The notes under the pieces are model-generated. The model was not told the DNA's origin. It saw only the letters and a list, made by a program, of their open reading frames with translations, and ran no database searches. This document shows positions 1-12,160 of a DNA stretch of 64,000 nucleotides, in pieces. Position 1 is the stretch's first letter; each line of letters begins with the position of its first letter. Source of the stretch: Hydrolagus affinis (taxonomy: Eukaryota); NCBI GenBank assembly GCA_012026655.1, contig JAAILG010000416.1, forward strand, positions 1-64,000. The letters run 5' to 3'. The translations under genes and the position numbers were made by a program.

Positions 1-1729
1 GTATTGAGCTTGACAAGAATTGACAAAATGATTTCTGACAGCCACAGATCTGTTCAGCTTGACCATTGTAATTTACACCTCACTTTAATCAACAAATTCT
101 TCAATACAAGAAACCACTGTATTCACCAAACATTACATTTCAGCTTTATTACCAATAGTAATTGTAAGATAATTTTTTCAGTTGGAGACATACACAATGA
201 TTGATGGCCCAGTGTCATCTATTGCACACGAGGAGAAGAGCACAAATAAATACCACAGTCAAACTATTTTCTTCTTTAGATACGCATTAACTTATTTAAC
301 GTTAAAATAAAATGGCTTAAGACGCGAAAGCCACACTTAATTGCTAGTTTACATTTTGAATATCCACTGCATAACAATAATTCATGACCACCAGCTTCAA
401 CTATTTGGTGGTATGTGAGCTCTCACAAAAACTGCAAGAATACTTAGTTGTACTGTACACTGTGTGCTGTGTGAGTTGCTTACATTATAAAGTGTGATTT
501 GCACACTTGACATCGTGCGAACAAATAATGACAATAACTTGTAATAAGCTTAATAAATTAACCTCCCAGTAACATTTTCCTAATACTAACATTCACAGAC
601 AGCACATTAGAAATTTCTCTCAAAACTCTTGTACCAATACACATTTGTGCGGAACTGCCACGTTCGGATAATGGGTGTTTCTATACAAACATAAGCAATT
701 TACATGGATTCAACTTCACTCATTCTAAAGCTCCCAATACCATAGAAAGTCATCTTCTCAGTCACAAGAATAGCTCTTAGATCTACTTGTCTGTACCGTA
801 CAAAGGAATTTACCGTTTGATCGCTATATTAGATGAATTGGTCCTGTTTACTTTGCCGTACAAATTGTAAATCATTGTCTTGCATCATTAAGCAAATGTA
901 GTTACCCAAAATCAAACTAATAAATGATTTAGATGCAAATGAAATTTTATTATGGTTATTCATGAAGTCTCTAAAACTGTCTGAAAAAAACGAGTTAATA
1001 TGTTTCTAGGAGAAGTATCTTTACTATTCAGTACTTTTTTTCCATTCATAGCTTATCACTCCAAAACCGCAGCCAGGCTATTACTATTCTGTACTTAATG
1101 TGTGTTATTTAGTGTAATCATTCCCAGGGTGACACATCCTCATTTGTCCTATCCTTCTCCAGACACACAAGTGAGACTTCTACGCCTGTCCCTGTAAATC
1201 CATGTGAAAGGGCTCAACAGCAGGTGGACAGAAATGTTCACTGATCATTCCAAACGTCAATCCCAGTGGAAGCAATTAAGTAACTCCTAAAAACCCTTTC
1301 TGTTTCTTATTTCAATTAAATATTCTGTCAAAACTCCAGCCAGTTCACTCACCGTATCAGAATCATTACCACACTGAGTGACTGTATCACTTGTGCTGTG
1401 ACTCTGAGAAGCTCGATCTTGACAGGACTGTCTTCTTTCAAACGTGGCGTGCTCACTTCAAACTATGATATCAAGGGGATGCTTGTTTCTGATAGATTCT
1501 GACACCTCCGGTCCCTCCCACCAAAACAATTAGCTGGTTCTTTAGTTGTTTTTTTTTCCCGTAAGGTGTTTTGTTCGTTTTTTGGGGGGTCAAAATGCAA
1601 CGACGAGGGAATATTTAAGAGCATAAATGCGAGGGTGAAAAAAGCACAGGTCAAATCAAACAATACGCTGGGCAAATAGGCATCGAGTGTTCTTAAATAA
1701 ATATCACACTGCAGTACTATCATTGTCGC

Positions 1730-2140
1730 TCAAGCAACACTTGTACTGGAGTCAGTGCAAGAATGACTGAGGTTGGCTTGCTTGTCGGAAATGGGGTATC
1801 CATTGACGTCCTCTTGCTCCGTCATGTCGTGATCGGGGCTTTCGTGTGACGAATCCTTTATCACGTTATAGCAAACGGGAACGTTATAGGCGGTAGGCTT
1901 CTCCGCCCGCGTCTGTTTACATTTGCAGAGTTTCTTGAAGGCGGCTCGGAATTTCTGAGACATCAGGTTGTAAATGACGGGGTTGATGGCGCTGTTCAAG
2001 TAAATGGTCATCCTGCAGAACAGCAGGAACCAGGTGTTCAAATAGGGTGGATTCATGAACGAGTTGACCACCACCAGCGTTCTGTAGGGCATCCACAAGA
2101 GGGCGAACAGGATGACCACAACCGCGAGCATTTTTGTGAC
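1730..2140 (-). CDS. TRHR3: TRH receptor coding exon 2 (TM6, TM7, C-tail, stop)
   Basis: Acceptor atctatccag|GTC ACA AAA ATG gives [43 protein letters not shown]...[27 protein letters not shown]; TGA at 1732-1730. Joined protein is 409 aa with NPxxY and a CxC palmitoylation motif. Confidence 0.85.
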   Translation of the reverse strand, partial: VTKMLAVVVILFALLWMPYRTLVVVNSFMNPPYLNTWFLLFCRMTIYLNSAINPVIYNLMSQKFRAAFKKLCKCKQTRAEKPTAYNVPVCYNVIKDSSHESPDHDMTEQEDVNGYPISDKQANLSHSCTDSSTSVA

Positions 2141-3789
2141 CTGGATAGATTGACAAGCGAAAAAAAAAAGCCACAGGTATCAGTGGACCAAAATATTCAT
2201 TTGCAAAGAGGCAAATTGATTCTTCTGGCAATTCCAGTGGAACCACAATTCAGATAAATAATAGACACTATTACAGTATGGGATTACCTGCAGAAGAGAA
2301 GGATTTTTTTTCCCTTTCTTATAAATCATCCTTGCATTTGATGCATGCAATGACTATGAACGTGCGGACTGTTGATTGCGCTCCATTGTAACTCTGGTTG
2401 AGATTTTATAGAATATTGAATTACACAGCACAGAGGGAGGCCATTCGGCCCATTGTGACTGTGCCAGCTTTTTCTTTAGAAGAATTGTCTGAATCAATCC
2501 CACTCCAGCGCGCTCTCACCTGCAAACTTGTCCTCCTCAAGCAATTATCTAAATTATAAAAAGCTCCAACTAATGGGCTAGAAAGGGATTCCACAGCATC
2601 AGCAGAATATTTTGGCATAAGAAAATGATACGGCAAAATCTTTTCTTCAACTATTCTCTGAGAAGTCTTTTGCAGGGCTGACTGGATAGTGATTCGGAAC
2701 ATAAGTAGTTTTTGTCTTTCCCCCAGATACCCCACATAGTTAATTCAATGTAGATCATGAATCAAAATGTAGGACATTCCTATTATGTATGTGTGTGTGT
2801 GTGCGTGTTACACTGGCCTTGTAAATAATGAAACATCAGGAACCCAAAACATTTGTGCATCTTGGTGATTTCGTTTTGATGAATTGTTAGTCATTCCGTA
2901 AAGTCTGCCGAACAGCAGAAAATAGTCTCGAACCTGGAATAATGACTAAAATCTGAGTCTTTTCATGTTATTTTGAAATCTAACCCTCTGAAGAAATCCT
3001 TTAACATTATGAATGATTTACGGTAGTTTACATTTACGTAGACATAGCTAGAGGAATCATACCTTCCTAATATTTAATAGATAATATCTGAAATACTTAC
3101 ACGTAACAGATGTGGTAGGAATATGTTGAAACATTCCTTCTACCCGCAATAGGTGAACCAATAGTTTTCACCAGATGACATTAACTCTAACTCCCATTTA
3201 TTGAAGTCACTTAGTTGGGAAATGAATTGTGTTGCTTGATGTATTTACGTGACATTCTGTAGCCAATTGGCAAATTGCCAGATGAATCATGAGCTTTTCT
3301 TTTACATTAATTTAATCGAATGATCAAATTAAATGTGTGGGGCAATAAATTTTGCTTTGTCAAACGATTAATGGAGTTAACAACACACTTTGTATATTCT
3401 CGGCCCTTATTTTTCTGCTGTTCTGGCTGTACATAAATAAGCCCGATGGCAAAATATTGCGTTGCTGGTCAATCCATTTTCTTATTAATATTTAACTTAA
3501 TTTACAAATTTGGTTTGATATCAAAGTTACACCCTGACCTTTAAAGTCTAGACAGAGGCAAAAACATTAATGTACAATGTTCAATATTATACAACTTGAT
3601 GATGCACCAAAACATGAAAGCAATGGCAGCACAAGCGGTTATTCTAATCTATAACTATAAAAAAAACAGAATTAACCCAACAGTATATATATGTATGTAT
3701 ATATATATATACATTATACAGTTATATACCAACTTTTTTTGCATTTGTCTTTTCAAGTAGTAAATGATTTGCACATTACATGTGGGTAT

Positions 3790-3914
3790 TTTGGCCACAA
3801 ACTATACAAGTCCATTCACTTTACAGTATGTTCTGTGAAGCCCTTTAAGGTGTCTCAAAGACGTGAAAGGCAACTTTATCAAATGCAAGAATTATTATTA
3901 TTATTATCATTATT
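3790..3914 (+). mobile_element. 5'-truncated SINE (3' half)
   Basis: CACAAA..TACA.GTC.ATTCACTTTACAGTAT..TCTGTGAAG...AAATGCAAGAATTATTATT. Confidence 0.8.
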
Positions 3915-4540
3915 TAACCAGCCTGCAAAGATATTAAGCGTGACATTTCAACTTTGTTGAATATTAAAATAGAAATTTGCAAGCCAACAAATAGAATTTT
4001 AGTGTGTCTTTTAAGTGTAAGGTATAAAATGACATTTTAGACAGAGGATATGCTTAAATTTCTAATGCTATTATTTGTATGTGCATTCATAATGAAGCAC
4101 TGAGTCACTCTGTTTTATGGCTCCTGCCTATCTCCTCCCGCCAGCCCCTTCCTCCACCACCATGAAATGTCAATCAAGATATGTACAGTATTTTAAGTCC
4201 ATTTCACTTTATCTATGTTGAAAAAAAGCATTATTATTACAGTACTTGCACATCAATGAGGGAGGGTATAGGACAATGAAAAAATTGAGACATAGAGTTA
4301 GGTCACCTCAAAGTTCAGTCCTAGGAAGAGACGATTTGAAGCAAAATGGTCTTGTACAAACGAACAAGCATTTCAGCATTTCCATTCAGATTCAACGCAG
4401 CAACGTTAGACCCCCTAAGAGAAGCTGTGGTTCTCTTTAGCACATCCTCCTGATGTCAAAGGCGTTATACAAATGTCATTTGTTGTTGTTAGTTAAACAA
4501 ATAATTTATTTGTCTCTGCGGGTGGATATTGAAGGTCCCA

Positions 4541-4712
4541 CGGTCACTCATTTACATGGCTGTTTGTGGGACATCGGTGTGTGCAATTGGCTGCTGTGTT
4601 TCTCCCACCAGAATACATTGTCAATCCACTTTACAGTATGTCCCGTGAAGCTATTTGAGACCTCTCACCGATGTAACAAGGTGCTATGTCAAATGCAAGG
4701 ATTATTATTATA
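4541..4712 (+). mobile_element. 5'-truncated SINE
   Basis: Core TGTTTGTGGGACATC..TGTGCAATTGGCTG plus tail. Confidence 0.8.
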
Positions 4713-5060
4713 TCACTATGAAATTAGCAACCCCTCACTGAGATGTGACGGACTGCTAAACTATGATTTCGGCTCTGCATTATCTGAAGCAGTGACTCGG
4801 GGAAAGAGTTCCTACCTGGCACTAAAGTCCTAAATGAACCAGAAACATATTCAATAGTGGTACATTCTTACAACGAGGCGATCCTTTCAATAAATATTTA
4901 TATATCTAGTTACAGTGTGGATGTACAACCTGTAGCATAGGAATAAAATGATATTGAAGTGATATGTATCCATAACAAAAAACAATCCTTTAGGAACAAA
5001 AGCAAGAATCCAGACTAGACTAAAGATGCAATATTTTCATTTTTATAGACTGGGGAGAAA

Positions 5061-5090
5061 TATCGCCATCTAGTGTCTCATTTACAGTTT
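5061..5090 (-). promoter_or_regulatory. Candidate CTCF site in the TRHR intron
   Basis: Minus strand ACTGTAAATGAGACACTAGATGGCGATA: core plus an upstream-module-like TGTAAAT. Confidence 0.45.
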
Positions 5091-5648
5091 AAGACACCAG
5101 AGCTAGGAATCATTTTTCGTTGCTTAAAAATAACTTGAATTCAGAATAGATGTGCGTATAGTATTTTTAACGTGGTTAATTGTTTTTAAATCACTGTAGC
5201 ATCGCAGGGCGTGCGTACATTTGGAATACGGTTTGCGAGTTCCACATTTTCAGCGGCTTGTAGTTTGAGAACTACACACATTGCACTTGCAGTAACTATT
5301 TTTTTCACTGAAGAATAAACAGAATCTCGTAGCTCCTGAAATGCTCTTTGTGTGCAATTAGAAGCCTTGGGTGACAATTGACTGACCAAACGCTGTGGGT
5401 TTCATTGAGTGGATTCTGATCATCACCAATATGTAGAAACCAGACAAGGATTCCCACCATACTTGGGGTGGAAGGGGGAGAAGGCAATTTGCTTATAATT
5501 TATGATGAATAATCAAAACACATAATCAACTTCTACTTTAGTCTATTTTAGAGTTAAAACCAATACTTTTTTTTAAGGCTCCTATAGGATTGGGGGACTG
5601 GAAATAGGAAGGTGGGATAGTAGGGTGGGGGGAGGGGTGGAGAGTTAC

Positions 5649-6467
5649 CTGTTTTCTCGATGACTGAGCGTTCTTGTTGCGATGACAGGACATCTTGATG
5701 GTGTTAGAGCTGCGGCTCTGGTGAATTGAGTTGTTGCCCTTCCTCTCTGTGTCCTGCTGGGGTGTGGTGGGGATGGGGTTCAGGAACAGGATCCGAGCAA
5801 TGAGTCCGTAGAGGACAGTGGCCAGGGACAAGGGAACCACGTAGTAGATGGTGAAGTCCAGGAAGTAGATGGGCAAGTAATGGTTTCTCGAGACCTTATA
5901 GTCGCAGAACACCCCGACCCCGTCGGCGTACCGGACCTCCTTGATGTCCAACAAGAAGAACCACATGACGCAGTACACCGAGGTGAAAGCCCACACGAAA
6001 GCGATGATCTTCTTGGCCCGGGACACGGTGCAGATGAATTGGGCTTTGATGGGGTGGCAGATGGCAATGTAGCGCTCGATGGTGAAGGCGGTGATGGAGC
6101 AAGAGGATGTGTTGATGCCCAGGTACTGGAGGTAGGTGATGAAGAGGCAGCCCGTGTATCCGTACACCCAGGTGGCAGCCACGCTCTCGGTGATGTTGGG
6201 CAAACCCGCGGCCAGCAGCACGATCAGGTCGGCTATGGCCAGGCTGACCAAGTAGCAGTTGGTGGGAGTCCGCATGTGTTTGGTTTTCAGCACCACCAAG
6301 ACCACCATGATGTTCCCGGCTATTCCAACTCCGCAGATCAGCAGCACCAGCAGTATGGTGACCACTTTGTACTGGAGGGAATTTTGTGGCATTCTCTCCA
6401 AGCCCTCGGTCTGGTTCATTGAGCTGTTCAGCAACTGCATCAGGCTAGGAAGGGATATGTTTTCCAT
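5649..6467 (-). CDS. TRHR3: Thyrotropin-releasing hormone receptor (likely TRHR3), coding exon 1 (N-terminus to ICL3, 273 aa)
   Basis: [11 protein letters not shown]...[31 protein letters not shown]...LQYLGIN...[12 protein letters not shown]...SSRKQ closely matches TRH receptors. Donor CAG|gtaact at 5649/5648, phase 0, the same position as the vertebrate TRHR intron. Family call is firm; subtype is inferred from the ECL3/C-tail sequence and linkage to SULF2. Confidence 0.85.
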
Positions 6468-7238
6468 GGCTCTGGTGTGTTGTAAGGGACGTTTGCTTCT
6501 TTGACAATCGGTAACTGCGAGGCAGCCTCTGCTCTACCGAGACTGCTTCAGACTTCTCTGTGTTAAAACGACACAAAACGTGGATCCCACACCATTAAAA
6601 GCTACTCCACACATTCCAATGAATGGTTTATTTTAAGGAGGTGGGGGTGGGGTAGAGAATTCAATCTAGGGTTTCAATGTTATCCTCTGTTAAAAGTGAA
6701 ACACAGATTCAAACTCATTCCCCATAAAAGCTGGTTACGTATTAAGAAGCTCCCTTTCCTTCTCTTAAATCTTATCAACCTTACTAATATGGTTCGTTGG
6801 TTCATCACACATTGAATTACGAAAGCTATTGCTTGAATCAAGGTAAAATTCTAACTTTAGAAAGACAGACTCTCAGGTTCTGTAAGTATGCCACAGGTAA
6901 TTTACGCCAGAGAATTGTTGTCCAATTTTTTAAGATGCAAACAAGGATATTTTTTTCATTCAAAAAAAACAAGCGCACACGCACGCACACATACACACAC
7001 ACACCCTTTACAAGTTTCTGATTCTTAAACATGTATCTATAATTGATATGATCGATGGAATAGGGAGGCAATATCCATGAGGCAAGCCAAGCTTTCTGGA
7101 GATTTCTCCATGTGTATAATATAAGGCGTGTACAATACTACAGTATAAGCCAACACTACTGCATTTCACATACAACAGTCAACCAAATTGGTTAGAAATG
7201 TATTATATATGTGGCATTTAAGGACTCACAAAAGGATG

Positions 7239-7239
<1 letters not shown>

Positions 7240-7300
<61 letters not shown>
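7240..7300. repeat. (GATA)n microsatellite, about 15 perfect units
   Basis: Read directly. Confidence 0.98.
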
Positions 7301-7301
<1 letters not shown>

Positions 7302-7332
7302 AGGCAAGGTGTACTCAAAGGGCATCACTTAC

Positions 7333-7550
7333 TTCATGAGCAGCAGGTTCCAGTCAGATCCATGGACTTAGTCCCTTTTGTCAGGAGCCAGAGGGAAGCT
7401 TCAGTGGTTTAGCAGTGTTGGCAGTAGCAATGTGGTGAAGTGCTGTCTGCATCTCACTTTCAGCACTGTGGGTGAAGAACACTGAATGGTACTGGGTAAA
7501 GACTGGAGCTGTCCAATCCAGCAGCTTCAGCAGACTGCAGAGTGAGGGAG
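7333..7550 (-). other. Putative non-coding 5' exon of the TRH receptor (5' limit uncertain)
   Basis: Consensus donor gaa|gtaagt at 7333/7332 and candidate acceptor ttttaacacag|aga at 6558/6557, 90 nt upstream of the ATG. Mammalian TRHR also has a 5'UTR intron. No transcript evidence. Confidence 0.5.
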
Positions 7551-7667
7551 GGCTGCCAACCCCAGGTCCTAATGCCTTCCACCTTCTCTCGACACATCCG
7601 CTCTCACACGACAGTGGTTCACTTTCCTAAAAACACCTGCTTTCTCAACAGTAACTCACACCGAGGC

Positions 7668-7893
7668 AACAACAACAACAACAACTTCAATTTATATCGC
7701 GCCTTCCGAGCCGGACGGCGTCTCAGAGCGCTTCACAATAGCGGATCCCGGGACCGAGCCGGGGGCAGGGGGTAGAAAGGTGACCAAAGGCGCGGTCAAA
7801 GAGAAAGGTCTTCAGCTGGGATCTGAAACTGAGAAAAGAGGGGGGCGAGGCAAAGGGAGTGAGGCAGGGAATTCCAGAGCCTCGGGGCATTGA
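7668..7893 (-). mobile_element. L2-clade LINE 3' end with (TTG)n tail
   Basis: Minus-strand translation NAPRLWNSLPHSLCLAP..F...LKTFLF is typical of the L2 ORF2 C-terminus; followed by GTGAAGCGCTCTGAGACG...GGCGCGATATAAATTGAAG(TTG)n. Confidence 0.8.
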
Positions 7894-8630
7894 GTGCTGA
7901 GCATGGTATTTGGCAAGTTAGCCGCCGAAATGAAGCAGGTTCTTCTTTGCCCCTGCTTGCGTCAAAATGTCTCAAAGATACTTCACATGTAACTACTGTC
8001 ACCTGTGCTTCACAGCGATAACAACCCTCGCATTTCATGTCATGCCTTAGCAAGTCAATGAGACGTTGTGTCTTATTCAGTCCTATTTTGTGGGTGTTTT
8101 TGTTTTGCACCCACAAAATAGGACAACACACACACACCAGTAATAATTTTCTAGGCTGCGTAGTATAATTTGAGTGCATTTTGTAATGAGCCATTTATTA
8201 TATGACGCCATCCTATAAAGCAACTTCTGGGGAAAGCACTTTGCATCATTTAAAAATGTGACCATATGTTCGAATGGATTTGCAAAATATTGACATTTGT
8301 GCATTGCTTTGCATTGAAATATCTTAAAACCCAATAGCTTGTGTTATTGTGGGCTAGGGATGTGCGCTTAACATTCAAAGCACTTATTCCTAGTATTTAT
8401 TCTTTTAGTATTTTATTAACTTGACTGCAGCAGAGGTAGGTAGGGTGGTCCTCATCAATTATTACTGGATGTGGAACTTAGACCAAAGAAAATGCTTGAA
8501 GGGATACAAGTGTTTTGTGTCTGTTGCATATTCAAGATACCCAAACTGGCAACTAGATGAAAGGACAGAAGAGATTTTAAAATAAGAGAGAGTTCGAACA
8601 GAACCTGGAACAGATAGATGGAAAAGATAG

Positions 8631-8941
8631 ATAATAATAATCCTTGCATTTTATATAGCATTTTTCTCGTCTTACATACATCTCAAAGTGCTTCACAGAA
8701 TATACTGTAAAGTGAATTGACTGTATATTTGTGGACGAAACACAACAGTTAATTGCACACAGCAGCGTCCCACAAACAGTCGTGGGTTGAGTGATCAAAT
8801 TATTATTGTTTTCCTTTGGCGGGATTATTATTAGGCGTGTGGAGTAAGGAATCTTGCCCAATGTTTCGCCTTGCCTGGAATCGGACCCAGGTCTTTCACT
8901 TGCAAGACGAGGGATGTAACTACTGAACTATAGGACTCCAC
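8631..8941 (-). mobile_element. Full-length tRNA-derived SINE with L2-type (ATT)n tail (young family, about 310 bp)
   Basis: Reverse complement begins GTGGAGTCCTATAGTTCAGTAGTT (A-box-like) and includes GGGTCCGATTCC (B-box-like), the core GTTTGTGGGACGCTGCTGTG and the tail TGTGAAGC..TTTGAGA...AAATGCAAGGATTATTATT. Confidence 0.9.
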
Positions 8942-9189
8942 AAAGATGATTGCCTTCGTCAGTCAAATTCACTTTGTGTTATTCACTGTTGTGATTCATC
9001 CCAATGCTAATTGAAAGAAGACCGAGGTCCATCTAGTTCCCCTTCCAACGTCCTGGCAGTAGCTTGACAAGTTGTGTCCTAAATTATGTACTCTTTTTTT
9101 TCTATCATCCTACTGAAAATGTAGCTATATCACTATTGGGAATACAATATCATAAAATTTATAACACATCAGAATTCTGTGCTCATTGC

Positions 9190-9595
9190 CTAAGGTGGCA
9201 TTCTATTGCAGTGCTGGGGGTAAAGCTACCTTGTTGTTGTAGGTGCTTTCCTTCATATGAGAAATTAAACAGATCCTTTCTGCTTGTTCGGGTAGAAGTT
9301 AAAGATACAATACAACACTACATTTGCACTTGCACTTCGGGAGGTCATTCCAAGGAACTGATCCCATGATATTGCTTAAAAAGTGAAGTCAGTTTCTCTC
9401 GGTGTCCTGCCGAGCAATTCGTTGAATAAAATATTTAAATGGTCATTTACTTCATGGCTTTTGGTTGGAGATTTTGCTGTGTAGCAAAACTGGCTGCCAC
9501 GTTTGCCATTAAATCATCACTCTCTAGAGAGGAAACTCTCCAAAGTGCTTTGAGACGTTCAACATGATAAAGCAGTATGTAAAAATGCAGAGCTA
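9190..9595 (+). mobile_element. Diverged DeuSINE-type element
   Basis: Decayed Deu motif (TTCATATGAGAAATTAAACAGATCC), CTCGGTGTCCTG, TGGCTGCCACGTTT and L2-type tail. Confidence 0.55.
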
Positions 9596-10438
9596 GTTAT
9601 AATTTTGGCTTTAATTCCACTTGGTTTCCTCATCAAATCAACACTGAAGTCCAGCAGAACAATGGTTTCACATGGAAGAACTGGTATATATTTATGTGTA
9701 AGGTCTTTCCAATTGATTTTGGAGTGAAGAATTCAGTTGTAGTAGGGCAAGAGAACTATAGCAAATAACTAGCGGTGAGGTTGAAAGAGATTATTCGTGC
9801 TGAATTTATTAAGTATGTTTCATGAACGATTAAGGTTCAAAATGTATATTGTCATTTTTAACCCCTCTCGGGATGTCGTGTCTCAGATTGGGCAATTGTA
9901 CAATGAAACGAAAGCTAGCTAATAGGTGTAAGAATGCAGCTTGGATATAGGGCATGTATGTGCAAGTTTACTTCAAATGTTTGTATAACTTTTTGAACCA
10001 ATGCCAGCAAAGATTGCTATTGCATCTGCTGGGAGCTTGGTGAAATTCCACAAGTTTATCAACAAAAACTCAGAAGAGCTAGACTAGGTTTGTGAAATCT
10101 TTCCGAAATACGTCCAGACAAGACATCAGGAAATATTGTGGCATTGCCAGCTGTCTTAAGTATTTTTTATTATTGGTTCTATATTATGCTTTAATTTATA
10201 CCTTACTCTGCTCTTCTTAAAAGTAAAAGCTTCACTGGAGTGCTTATCCTTAACATTTTCAGGCCACAGAATAACTTTTTCTTTCAATAATGTGATAAAT
10301 CCTCTACACGATTACAGTGGAGTTAGAATTATTGTCTAATAAAAATCCTGATTCCAAAATGATGGTTCTGCCAACTTTAGAAGGATTTGCAATGAAGCAC
10401 CACAGGAAACAAAAATATGTTACTGACAGCTTGTCAAG

Positions 10439-10930
10439 TGAGCCTGTAGTTATTCGCCCACAAATATTCAGGCAATTTACTTTACAGTATATTCTGTGAA
10501 GCACTTTGAGATGTCGATAAGATGTGAAAAGCGCTATATCAAATGTAAGGATTTTTATTATTATACACTTATTTATTATTGTTAATATTTTTTCATGTCT
10601 GAGCTCTTTTAATTGACATTGACTTGCTTAAAAAATACTGTCACTACACTTATCAATAAATACTGAGATGCATTGAAACATCCTCCTGATATGATATGAA
10701 AGACACTATATCAAATGGAAGGATTATAATAATAATAATACTGGTAATTTGATTGTTATAGCCTCTTACCATGTTGTCAAGTTGTTTCAAAGCGCTTCAC
10801 AGGATTATACTGTTAAAAAAATTTGACTACATTTTATGGGTGAAACACGTCAGTCAGGACGCTCAGCTGTGTCCCACAAAATAGCCATGAAGTGAATGAT
10901 CAACTATGATTATTATGATTATTATTATCA
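10439..10930. mobile_element. Cluster of SINE fragments (+ 10439-10565, + tail 10670-10740, - 10770-10930)
   Basis: Same tail and core motifs in both orientations. Confidence 0.75.
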
Positions 10931-11999
10931 CTGAAGGCTGGGCTTTATTGTGATTACTTTTCCTCTTCGGTTATTAAAATGTATAAAAGTGAGGCAGCTT
11001 GGTAGCTTAATAGGTGGGTATTGGGATGTCCTCCCAACGTGAAAGGCGCTCTATAAGTGTAATTTTGTTGTTGTTAATAGGTGGGTAGGTTTTGATTTCC
11101 TACCGAGTTCCTAGTTTCAGATGTGCTGCACGGGGAGGGAGGTGTCTTGTCTATTATTCATCACTCTTCGGTTTAGATTCAGCTTCCAGTATGAAATCTG
11201 GCAGATTAGTCAGAACTATTTATGATTTGTGAATGGCCACCAATTTGCACAGAATAATATCTTTTTAACATTGCAATATCTCCCTGGTACAGATGGCCAC
11301 GCAGTGTTTTCCAACAAGATTCACTTGCATACGTTTTGTTCAGATCTACAAGTAGGTGTGCAGTGTACACACAAACGGGTTTATCCGAATCTGGCAAAGC
11401 AAACCTGTCTGAATACCTTCTTTGTACAAACCTTAAATTTAAGAAGGCTGCTGGCAGCTGTGTATGTTTTAATGCAGTGCAATAAATTACTACAAGCCCG
11501 GCTGACATTTTATAGAAACTTTAAATTAGTTTTGATCCCCTGCCAAATGAAATGAATCACTTATGCCGACACTTTATTGAATGATCTAGCAAAATGCTAA
11601 CTCAGGATTTAAGCGAAACGGTGCATGCAGAGGTGAGTAAATGGAGAACAAAGTGATGAGATTCTGTGCTTGGATTCACTCAACCTATTAATGGTTATTG
11701 TTTCGCCCAGTACGTTTTTATGTTGCTGTTAAAATCTTTAGTTTGCAATCCACAAATCATCATAGTTGCATATGTTTTTTTTGAACAGTGGCATTATCTT
11801 CTCCTAATGGCCATTTAATACAGTTCCACCAATAATGCTTACAAAACTGCATCTTTTGTAGGAGAAACACTTCCTGCTAGATATTCACACCAATAGAAAA
11901 TCATACTATTCCCTGTATCCCTCACAGTCACCACACCTTGCACAACTAAGAAACTACCCTTGCCATTTGCCCTCGGAACGTCCTCCTGATGTGAAAGGC

Positions 12000-12160
12000 C
12001 AATCCACAACTGTTTGTGGGACACTGTTGTGCGCAATTGGCTGCCGCGATTCGCCCACAAATATATACAGTCAATTCACTTTACAGTATATTCTGTGAAG
12101 CGCTTTGGGACGTCGATAAGATATGAAAAGCGCTATATCAAATGCAAGGATTATTATTAT
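12000..12160 (+). mobile_element. 5'-truncated young SINE
   Basis: AATCCACAACTGTTTGTGGGACAC...GGATTATTATTAT. Confidence 0.88.

Noticed and set aside
5538-5648. The 309-aa ORF running past the TRHR donor as a single-exon 5-TM receptor
   Set aside because: Homology stops at SSRKQ, where a canonical GT donor joins in frame to exon 2; the extension is intron read-through.
5780-6504. Overlapping ORFs 5880-6422(+), 5780-6067(-), 5896-6102(-), 6259-6504(+)
   Set aside because: Shadow frames of the GC3-rich receptor exon with no independent motifs.
7459-7514. REST/RE1 site in the TRHR leader (TTCAGCACT and GGAGCTGTCC half-sites); also GCTGTCCCTGGTCTG near 47814
   Set aside because: The half-sites have the wrong spacing and orientation, and the second candidate lacks a conserved base.
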